DNA of 64,000 nucleotides from Ascidiella aspersa. Its lineage: Eukaryota. Of the stretch, positions 53,810 through 64,000 are shown one piece after another (positions within the stretch are counted from its first letter, which is position 1; each line of letters opens with the position of its first letter). Both the position numbers and the translations under genes were made by a program. The stretch is taken from positions 17,298,001-17,362,000 of the forward strand of contig OZ004609.1 of NCBI GenBank assembly GCA_963924565.1. The letters are read 5' to 3'. Under the pieces are notes generated by a model. The model saw nothing but the letters and a program-made list of their open reading frames with translations. It made no database searches and was not told the DNA's origin.

Positions 53810-56800
53810 ATTATATAAATAGAGAGGTACACAAACTTTTATTAGAATATGTGACAGTTAGAACCTTTGTTTACATCTTTTATTCAGCATCCATTCATTA
53901 GTAGGCGGGTCTTTCCTGCACTTAGGCGGGAGTGCGCTATTTGACGCAACACGCCCCACAATATATCACTCACATAGGCGCAGTCTATTAACACTGAGGC
54001 TAGACTTTCTTCTTCCCTTTGACGGATGAAACGAAACGCAAACACGCTTTGTGACGCCACTTGAATGTGAATGGCATCCGGTCGTTCCTGTTTACGGTCT
54101 CCCGGGTAAGACGGATGAACCGAAAGCAATAACACGGCAGGAAGTATGTTTTTTTGTGAAAAGGAAGGGGGTGACGTCACATTTTTGTCAGCGCACAATT
54201 TTGCAGTGGGCAGGTGTTGGATATCAAACACGGAATTAGGGGGGCGTAAAACCGTAGGCAGACCCTGTGGATGAGGCACGTCGCAAGGGTCGCGCGTCAC
54301 TGCAACAAAATGTCGGCCCGATAGAAATGGTCGCGCATAGCGTGACGACGACTCGGTAAGAAACGCGGAAGAGTGAACAAGAACGGAGAAGAACAAAAGC
54401 ATCGACCCACATTTCTGCCACGGGTGGAGGCTATGATTTACCCGACTCACCAACCGCTGGCCCTGTTGGTAGATTTACAACCAATACTTCAGATAAAATA
54501 CTTATACCGCAACAAATCGTCGGCAGCTGCTAAATGGACTACGTCAACACCCGCTTGGGTTCCGAAACGCGATTCGTTTAGCAAGAGCCCTTGACATAGG
54601 TGACATCACGTGAGGTTGGAACAGCCGGTGGAAAAATTACGCAAAATTGCCAAGCCAAAATACGTTACTCTCAGGTACAGGTGCGTCCTCTATATAAAGC
54701 TTGGCAAACTCGAGTTGCGAGGGTCATATGTACGGGAAATGTAAATCGAAATCCGCCCGAAATCAAATCCCGCCTTTCGCCTCTGGATTCACAAAGCCCA
54801 TTTCAAAGTGTCGGGCGAAAGGAAAGTCAGCGTAATTGGTGTAACGGGATAAACCCGTTTCCCGACGAGACTGGGCAGCTGCGACGGTGGGCTTGAGATA
54901 AATTTACAGCTGCGTTTGCGCCGCCAGCCCAGTCCGATTTGAAAACAAATTACGGATTTTTTCTTAAAGCCTTCTTGACTCGCGCGCCCGGGCGGTGGCA
55001 ATATGGGCAGCTGGGGAATTCAGCAACATCCATCGTTAAATCACAGTCATCAGGAAAAAAACGCCGAACTATTTCGCCGTAAGGCGGGCCGTAATCGAAC
55101 ACGCAAAGCCGGAAGCGCATTACGCCTGTGAAGCAACTTGGCAAATCCTCCAAAAACAAGCGCCCAAGACGGCGCAGATGATGGTGTGACCCCGCGCCGG
55201 GTTCACGCCACATCATAGCGTCTCCGCCAGCGCTTGTGGATACCCACGACGCCTGTGCGGGTTTGGCGGCCTGTGTACACAACCATATGCAAGCACTTTG
55301 CACCGTTTTGTCATCACCGAAACCAAGGTGTACTAAATTGGTAAACGTCCGGAGTATTTTGCAGCAATTTGGAATGTATGGTGTCGAGAACAATGTAATT
55401 ATTACATATTAGCAGTTTCTTTAAAAACCAGACGTAGTAAATTATATAAAGTAGGTACTATTTTTATACACCGAGACACATCGTCTCGAGACACATCGTT
55501 TGAAGCTGACACATTTAAAAAAAACATAACTCAATAAGACGCCGGCTTTGGTCTCTTTAAGTACAGCTGTATATGTAAACGAGTAGCCAGGAATGTACCA
55601 CACAAAAAGCAGCCACTCTTAACATATTTTACCGACTGGACGGAGTTGGCGTTTTTAGTGACAGTATCTCGAGTAGAGTAGTGCTGTCACATCACCAAGC
55701 TTCGTCAACCAACGGCAGTGCCAGAACTCATATTAATGCTTGTGGTAAGCGGCCGGTAGTGATGCGGTGAAACGCCGAGAGCCGCTGCAGACTGAGCGGC
55801 ACCAACAGGCTCGCAAGGATGCGACGACCACGCTTAAGTGTGCTGCCAGATGCCAGTAAACGAGCCGAAAAAGAGTGTATGTAGTGGTAGTGGCTGAACC
55901 GGCGTTTGATGCGTTCAGTAGTGGATTGAAAGCTCCTTGGTAATCCACGGATTCGCTAAGTGCTAGTTCGCCAACGGCATTCGGCCATCTCCCACGAGGT
56001 ATTCAGGAAAGAACTAGGATTACGCCGGATGCTTACAACTCCTGAATAAATGGGCTACTACATTACACGAACACGGATGGCGATGACGGGCAAGAATGTG
56101 GCGACGCGCCCGCCTGACAGTTCAAATCACACGATCGGAAATTGACAAATCCGCCTGCCGGGAATTATGCATTAGCGGTAAGACCAAACGACAGCTTCTT
56201 AAAAGCCAACCGTCTTGAGTCGACCACCAACGACAAGACTAAGGCCTTATACGCATCACGTGACCACAAAAATATGTTATACTGATTTACCAGTAAACAG
56301 ATACACATCAGGTTTGTCGACAGGTCTGGGGGGTAAGATTGTACAGCTACGCCATTTACAAAACACTGCGAAAGCCGTTGGTCGGAGCTTAAGGAAGATA
56401 AGCTATTGTAAACGCAAAAGTAATTCTTCAGAAAAAAAATATAAAATGTTACAAATCGATCTGACAATGGCAGAATTACGTAAACAGTCTTAGAGGCAAA
56501 CTGAGGTTTTAAATTCACGTCGCAAACGTAAACGAAGCAACAGAACGAGACCAACTCGAAGTCATTACAGACAGCATGTCCGGTCGTTTTGTGCGAACAA
56601 ACAGCCAGCAAATCGATTGGGGCGACATGATTCATCGATCATTGTGCAGCAAACCGAAGAATTCCTGTGGCAATGTAAACGAAAATAGCTTTACATTTTG
56701 ACACGGGTGCAAATTTTACCCCTTTTAACACCGGCTATGACGCAAACGAAGCGAAGCCCCCTGCTTGAATATCACTGCGACGAGCTGCGATGGAATTTTA

Positions 56801-57610
56801 TTACGGTCTACGTGTCCGTGTGAAAATTTCCGGACAGCTTGTTGCGCTACGTTTGAAGAAAAAGCATCCATTCGCGAAGGTAAGGCGAAATAAAGCCGAA
56901 TGAAAATGGTATATATATAATGTTACTTCTATAAATCCCTATTTGTAACCTACGAGAAGTTCATTGCCTTATAGACATGTAGAAGTGACATCTCTGCAGG
57001 TTTTGTCAATCAAGAATAGAAATGAACTTGACAACTGCACTTTACAGGACAAGAAGAGTATCGCGTTTTAGCCAAACCCGTAATCACGCGAAAGCGTCAG
57101 ACTTCCACTCACCCCGCCTTAAGATTAAAAGCAAGTGGGGTCGGGACGGGTTTCGATTCTTCGATGCGTGACAAAACAAAACAAGCGCCAAAACCGACAA
57201 ACAAACACCAACATCCGGATGACGAGTGCTCTGAAAGGCGCCGATGCGTGCCCCCGGGACCTCATTAGGAGAGGGTGGACCCCCGCGAAGAGCACAAGTA
57301 AGGCGATATACACGATTGTCCGCCGGGTGGCTGCTGTCACTCAACTCCCCAATAATCAAGTGGCTGCATCTTTTTTTATGAATAAGGCTCTGTCTATCAA
57401 AAGTTGTGAATGGGCTTTGCGTTGGCCAGCTTTACACGGATATTCGGCACTGTGTTCAAACAAAAGAGTATGATTCGGGAAACGTGCGACGTACGCGGCT
57501 TGAATTACTAATAATTCTACTGCATACTGGTTCTATATACAGATTCCGTGTTAACTATTCCAAAGAGATTTAAACAATGGAAATAATATCATTTTTTATG
57601 TTTCATCTGT

Positions 57611-57705
57611 TTTTATAAACAGTCTTAGATCATCAGATACGAAACAAGAATCTTTCGTTTACATTTTATTGTCTGCGGGAGATTCCTTACTTCCTAAGTG
57701 TTTCA
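57611..57705 (+). repeat. Dispersed repeat of about 100 bp, copy 2 (copy 1 at 53712-53809)
   Basis: It contains the same ordered blocks as 53712-53809, with substitutions and small indels. Confidence 0.75.
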
Positions 57706-60544
57706 GCTGGGAAATATATCAGTCATACTTTGGTGTTCGAATTTATCCTAGACAATTAACAACTTAAACCCACAACAAACACTGAACTTAAATAGTTTAT
57801 TAGAAACCTGGGTCCTTCCTCATTTTTTTAATTGAAGACGCCCGAACAGTATATCTATATAGCAACGAAATGGTTCAATAAGTGGTTTATACAACTTACT
57901 GTATATATTAAGTAACTGATGTTTATTTGCCCTGTTGAGGTCAAAGCAGTGCCATGGAACGTGTTCATCGTGAACGAAAAAGTAACAAGCTTGCATTGTC
58001 AAAACAACAGTGGACTGTAAAAATGTAAAGCTTCTTGCGACATATGACAATAAGGGGTTCAGCTTTAAATACCAACATATACTCAATAACTAATAAAACG
58101 TTAAATAAATAAGCTATGTATTCGGCGGAGTTAAAAGGAAATGATTTTAAACGTAAAGTATAGTTTAGTGAATGTTTTATTTTCATATTTTACGTACAAA
58201 AGTGAAATTTCGTAGTCCCTAAAATGGCTATAGGAGATCTAATACGCAAAATATATGTTAACGCTAAGTTAATCAAAATATCACATGAATATTCCTATGT
58301 GATTTATCCTTTTTCGGCAAGTTAAACATCTGTTGCTTTATATCACAAAAACCATGACTAAAAAGATGATATTTGAAAAAAAATTGCCGAAATAATCAAC
58401 AGTGAGATTTCCTTATAAATAGCTAAAATCCCCGTTTCCGCCAACTCATCCCCAAATCAACCATCATTAGAATCCGACAGCTGTATGCCTGTCAAGTGGA
58501 TAGGAAAACAAATATCACCAGTGTAAACTAGAAGTTCAATCCGAGTGGCCTACGTCTCCGTGGCGATCCGTATGACGTCAGCACGACTTGCAGGGAACGC
58601 AATCTCGCCATACGATCTCGCAAAACCCGGATACCTTCGCAAATCTCATCGCCGCGCTTCCGACTTAAAGGCTGTCGGGCGGTAATGTAAGTTAGAGCCG
58701 AGCGGTGCCGCGCGGCAATTAAACGTGCGACCTTCGGCAACGATCAAAGGTTAAAGAAACAACCGGTCGGAGGTCGATTTCGCGATATATGCCCTGATCG
58801 GGTTACAACAGTGCGCGGCTATGCCCGGTCAGGTTTTTATACTCTTGTTGCTACAATTCGGTCGCGAAGTTTGCGCGCGCAACGCACATCGGGCCAAAGA
58901 TACATATCTTATAGGAGGTTTATTTTAAATCGCACCACTCTGTTTGTCGCGTCCAGTGGAATGTAGAAGCAAATCGTGATTTAACAACGATATTAACAGC
59001 ACTACGGGTGTCCGTCTCGGAGTTGTCATTTACTCATGATCAGGGTTTCTGTCGTCACAGCAAACGAGGAAGTAAATACAGGATATGTGTTCTGGTGTGA
59101 AATGTAAAAGCGGCATTCCTGTCTGGGACAGGTGCTTCGCTTCTTTTTGTTGCGGCACAAAGAAGGTAACACGGCCAGTGCGCTGTCACGGTAGATGATC
59201 GTAGCTGGAAGACGTCAACGAACGCTTTGGGGAGCTTAGACGTGGAGAGGCTGCTTCCGAAGTGGCTTGCTCGCGTAACGAAAGGTTAACTGCCGGGATG
59301 ACGCGCGTCAAGTCAAATTGGCTGCCTCAGTAATCTGAAATTTGGGCCGATCTGGCATCGCTGTTTAAGGATTTTTTTTCAGTCGGATTGCTTTCGTCGG
59401 CCCTATAAAATTTCATGGTGCATTTACGATTGTGTGAAAAGTAATCTGTACACAGTTCAAATTATTTTACAATAGGACTATAATGAACACAATCTTGGCA
59501 GCAATCAAGCGATTGCCTTTAAGTGACCTACTGGTTGCAGTTGAAAAAGGTGGCAAAAATCTGTTTCTTATGTAATTTTGTACGACGTAGTTGTTTGATT
59601 ATTTATACATTTTATAATATGTAACTAATTCCGTTGGTTTGGGCACTGCATTTCGCCCCACACAAATATTAAATCAGGCAATAACAATTTTAAAATCCTA
59701 GCGCGGTAAACTTCCCTTTGATGTTCGTTTTGCTTTAACCACTACCAATTCCGCAAAATCGACTGCCACGTTTTTTAGTTTAGGTTGTATGAGTTGTCTT
59801 TTGAAACGTAATTTGACACAATTCAGTGTGCCAACGTGACTTCCATGACATCATCGGATCGGCGCGTCAGCCCAAGCAAACCCAAGGAGCCGTTCTGCCC
59901 TTGCTTCCGATCATTTGACCTCCAGCCCACGTAAGCTTCAGAAGGGGTCAAAGGTCAAAGCCGGGGTCACAACGACAGATAAAGAAGCGAAGACCAACAA
60001 CAATGGGAGGCGGACTACAATCCACCAAGGGCCAGGGAATTACATCGAGATAAAATGTGTGGTCTATGTTAAAAAAATGTTTAGCGTATTTTTGTCACAC
60101 GCAACAAACATTGTGGTCTGCCATTCCCAACTGTTTTACCTTTTTTTTTACTTTTTTAGAAAAATTGCGCAACGGTCCCTCAGCAATTTTAAATTGCTCA
60201 CGGTCCCTATACACAAAATAACATTTGTTTTTAATGGTATCAATGGGACGGTTGCACTTGTTCTTTGTTATCAGCTCGGCTATGTTAACCTCTAACGAAT
60301 CACTTTTTTTGTGTGAAGCAATCACGAACAGTTTTAAAACCGTGGCCGTACAGCTCAGCAAGCTGTAAAAACGTAACTCTCATTAGAACAATGCAATACT
60401 ATGACGTCACAATGGACAATTCAACTCGAAGTGTACAATAACGTGAATGAACAACTAATCAGCTTGCTTTGGAAAAGTAAGTTTCCTGAATTTTTTTGGC
60501 ACAAGAGGTTTTCTTCTTTAGGAGAGTCGTTTTGATTTTTTGTT

Positions 60545-60599
60545 AGGTGCTTCGCGGTTCCAGAAAATTGTCTCGCGGACCCCAGTTTGAGAACCACTG
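60545..60599. mobile_element. Terminal fragment of a Charlie-type hAT MITE (other end not resolved)
   Basis: ...GCGGACCCCAGTTTGAGAACCACTG is followed by CTCTAGAG, an NTCTAGAN-type Charlie target site. No clean left TIR was found. Confidence 0.55.
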
Positions 60600-60802
60600 C
60601 TCTAGAGGTTTATGTTTTGGTGTGACTTTTTAATCGCACTGATTGCCTAATTATGTGTAGGGCACAGGGAATAGAAGTTAAAGAGAATATATAGAAAATA
60701 AGAAAATAACTGTTTTAAACTAAATGGGCAAGAAAACGTGACGCAGTTGTCATATCCCGGCAATAGCGTGCATCAATGCCATAATTGGTGTTGTGTACTT
60801 AC

Positions 60803-60967
60803 CTCCGCGCCCGAATACATATCAGTGGCGTGGACGAGCTCGTCAATGCTGACATCACAAGCGATTGGCATCTTTTGAAATCGGATTCGGAAGATTTCGC
60901 GCCTGGTCATGACGTCAGGCAGGGGAACGTGGAGGATCCGGTCGATTCTGCCAGGACGCATGAGGGC
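60803..60967 (-). CDS. SPATA5: SPATA5/AFG2A penultimate coding exon (D2 second region of homology and start of lid); the gene continues beyond the window
   Basis: The acceptor is TTTTTCAG|GCC and the donor GAG|GTAAGT. The 165 nt encode [59 protein letters not shown] carries the arginine finger. [11 protein letters not shown] fits SPATA5 better than VCP, NVL or SPATA5L1 (from recall of those sequences). Confidence 0.93.
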
Positions 60968-63727
60968 CTGAAAAATCAAGATATGAGGGGTAAATCACTT
61001 GCAGCCACTTACCAGCCGTAACGTGAAATGGAGGCGGGCAAAATTCGATTGGCATGTCGTACACACGATAGAATCAAATACCATCACGATAGTGCGCTAG
61101 AATTGGGCGAATCTAGGTCTAACTTTTGCCTCGGTTTCCTTTCAGGTGTCATTAGTGCTGATTAAAATAAAAAAAAATAAGGTAATTTAATATATTTATT
61201 CAAAGTTTCATTTTAGAGAGAAAATTTTGACGAAAAACGTTAATGGTGCCTAAATACTATTAGGCTACATATACTATAGGTTAACATATCGAACCTAAAC
61301 ATCAAATGTTTGTAATATGGTATTAATTAGATATGAAGTTTTTCGTACGGTTTTCAAAGCGATCACTTTTTCAATCACCAAAAAATATATATCTAATTCC
61401 CATATGTCGCTCGCAAAGCTATCGAAAAACAAATGATACGACAAAAAACAGCAGTAAATAAGAAACAGAGACATCAACAACATCATTAAAACGCATGACC
61501 GCACAGCAAGTTCACTAACGTTGAGGCGACAATTGTTGAGATTCGGAGGAAATAAAATGCCACAAGAATGGTAAGCATTCTGTTGCGCATATATTGCGCC
61601 GACCACGTTGTTCCTGTGAGTTGCATGCCAAGACTCGTGCGTTAAAGGTCAGCGCAAAAATGGGAAAGTTAAGGTGTTCGAGAGTCACGAAACACTGGAT
61701 CTTTCTATTTTGCGTTGTTTAACTTTGAATCGAAACAGCGCTGTTTATGCCTGGTATATAGCAACAACTTTCAAAATGATATACTTCTACATGTCTATAG
61801 CTAGTAATAGTTAGGGTACAATTTTATACAAAATATGTGTGAATGTAGCTCACAATGTTTCATTCACAGAAAAGAAAAAGTATTCCATGTAAAACAATGA
61901 GCTTACAATGTTATGATTTGAATGGTTTGGGGATCAACAATCTAGAAATTTCTGAATTCCCTGTTTTTGATATATTCTACGGCTGATCAGCTTATACTGT
62001 GCTAAGCAGATGATTTGTGTTTTAGAGGTTACATCTTAAAACGTAACAGTTTACGATGTTTGTCTTGTGCGCATTAAGATGTTTACTCGATAAGTTTAAA
62101 CTCTTACCCGAGCGAATGTATTGCCCAAAATTGTCGCATAATAAAGGTAGAGGGTCGACGACCCGCCATTATAAAGCAGCGGCCGCGCAAGAAACAAACA
62201 GAAGGCAAAGCGACAAGCCGAGAATGCTGCTTTGTGACAGCCAATAGGCCCGCCTATTTAATCTCTGCACACAAATAAAACCCGCGCGGGTCAATACGAG
62301 CGTTTCCGTTTTAACGCAATTCGCCTTTGGCGTGTACACACTCACACGGCGAAGGTTAACGGTAAACAGAGAACGGACGTGGCCGTGCACAACACAAGTC
62401 ATTTCCACGCCCTAGGGCGAACGAACAAGGCAAATCTCACCTACTTCTATGGGCTGGCTGCTGTGTGTATGTATGTCGACTTGAGGTTGTCAGTCTTAGA
62501 ATTAACGACGCAAGATGTGCCAAGTTTCCCGTATTATTTGGCCAATAATTACAAATATTTCCCTGTGATTATTTGGTTGGTATAATATAACAAACGCGCG
62601 ACAGCACCGTTTGCTTTTAATGAACTGTTTTATTCGACATTTGAAAATACTGAGGTAGTCATTTAAAAAACCAACCCACACATTAACCGTTTTCCAGTTG
62701 AACACAATTTAATACTTCGGTTGAAAAGATAACTATCCAACCTTGTCACAAATAAAGCAAATATATTACAACGAGTAAAGGGCCGGTAACCCAATGTTGT
62801 CCAAGGGAAATTATAAAAGAAAGATAATAAGATTATCGCATACACCGCTTGTAGGAAAAACGAGAACCTTTACCGTAGATGTTACAACGAATCTACCCTG
62901 ATGAGTCATAACAGATATCTACCAGGAAACTACTTAAAAAAAATAATAGAAAATTGTCGGTTTACGAAACCGGTAACCTATTTTGTTCTTATTGAACCTC
63001 CCCTTTTTGTAATGCAGCGCTAAGGTTTAGGATAATGTCGAACCTATTACACCTTTAATCGAAATTTTGTAACTTAACAGTTTAAACTTTTATTATTTTA
63101 GATTGACTTATGCAGAAGTTTGCATTTGCCAAGACAGTGATAGTACGTTTAACGTTAAAAATCGCTCTACCTTATTGGGGTCAAAAATTTACTGCAATGC
63201 AAGTGGTAAAAAAAATACTCAAAAGCGTATAACAGCGAAAACGGGGCTTAAAAACTGCGTGTCGTGAGGTCGTTAAAGACTGGCAAGCAGCAGGTTTTCT
63301 TTTGTCACCCAAACCAAACTTAATATCGTCGTAACACAGCAGCGCTTTTGAATCAACATCAACAACACAGAGACCGGCTTGGCTCGTAGGTCGCTGCTCG
63401 AGCACGAGCGCTCGGTGTATACAGGCTTCGCGCGCCACGTCTTATTAAATTTCGAGTAACCATTGTTTAGCTGACGGACACAATTGGACTCGGCGGGAAG
63501 CCGCGCGCGCCCCATTCCGGATCTCGCGGTCGCGATACTTCCGCTCGCGGCGAGTAATTCGCCAACGGCGGCATCCATCCGTTCCCTTATATATTGGTCG
63601 ACCAACGCAACGGGAAGGAGCCTATTGTCTTCGTGTCGGTGCACCAGGTGCGCTTGTCATAAGGGGATTGTCTTTTATTATTCCTCCTACGAGTAATTCA
63701 TTAATGCGCACGAGCACAGGTTGGTGG

Positions 63728-64000
63728 CCGGGTTGCCAGTCTTTGGACTTTTTAAAGTCAAATTTCAATATTTCGGATTTTTTTGAACCTCTTTGTTTTG
63801 TATTTTTTTATTTTAATGAAATTTGGCTTTTTTCGGATTTTTTGGTTTCATTCAAAAATTTCATAAGTTTTATTTTGAGAAGAGATCAAACTATCGCTAC
63901 CAAGAAAAAAATCACAAAAAGGGGAAAATTGCCAAGAAAAATTTCCAAATAGAAGAAAAATTTCCAAAATGAAAAAAAATTGCTACAAAAAGAGAAATTC
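63728..64000. mobile_element. Probable left part of a DNA-transposon MITE, truncated by the window end
   Basis: It starts CCGGGTTGCCAGT (CAGGGTTGCCA-like terminus), followed by repeated TTTCGGATTTTTT and AAAATTTCCAAA motifs. The other end is not visible. Confidence 0.4.

Larger units (their letters stand above)
53105..60802 (-). other. Last intron of SPATA5 (7698 nt, GT-AG, phase 0)
   Basis: The donor GAG|GTAAGT is at 60802 and the acceptor CAG at 53107-53105. The joined peptide ...YSGAE|ICSVCREAAL... is continuous. Confidence 0.88.

Noticed and set aside
53884-56635. Longer minus-strand ORFs in the SPATA5 intron (189, 147 and 156 aa) as extra exons or nested genes
   Set aside because: They have no recognisable domains, and the two SPATA5 exons join without a gap. 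Long ORFs are expected by chance in GC-rich islands.
62651-62672. TGAGGTAGT, a match to the 5' end of let-7; also miR-1-like TGGAATGTA at about 29576 and 58957
   Set aside because: These are only 9-10 nt matches with no continuation and no precursor hairpin.

Overview
This is AT-rich animal (eukaryotic) genomic DNA with no CpG depletion. An invertebrate chordate such as a tunicate is my inference; the species cannot be proven from this window. Only two protein-coding genes are supported, both on the minus strand. (1) A Sprouty gene with its whole CDS in one exon (21371-22765, 464 aa), carrying the NDYSDHP Cbl-binding tyrosine motif and a C-terminal Cys-rich SPR domain. (2) The last two coding exons of the AAA+ ATPase SPATA5/AFG2A (60803-60967 and 52928-53104), separated by a 7.7-kb intron. 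The order SPATA5 then Sprouty on the same strand matches human SPATA5-SPRY1. Sprouty lies in about 50 kb of otherwise gene-free DNA dotted with CpG-rich, ETS-motif-rich islands, so the window looks like an ancient genomic regulatory block. The remainder is non-autonomous DNA transposons (four hAT elements with perfect 8-bp TSDs, one retaining a Buster-type transposase tail and one containing a nested element), a probable LINE endonuclease relic, a CTG/CAG microsatellite and a perfect 33-bp-arm hairpin. Most ORFs in the supplied track are judged spurious. No rRNA, tRNA or CRISPR array was found.
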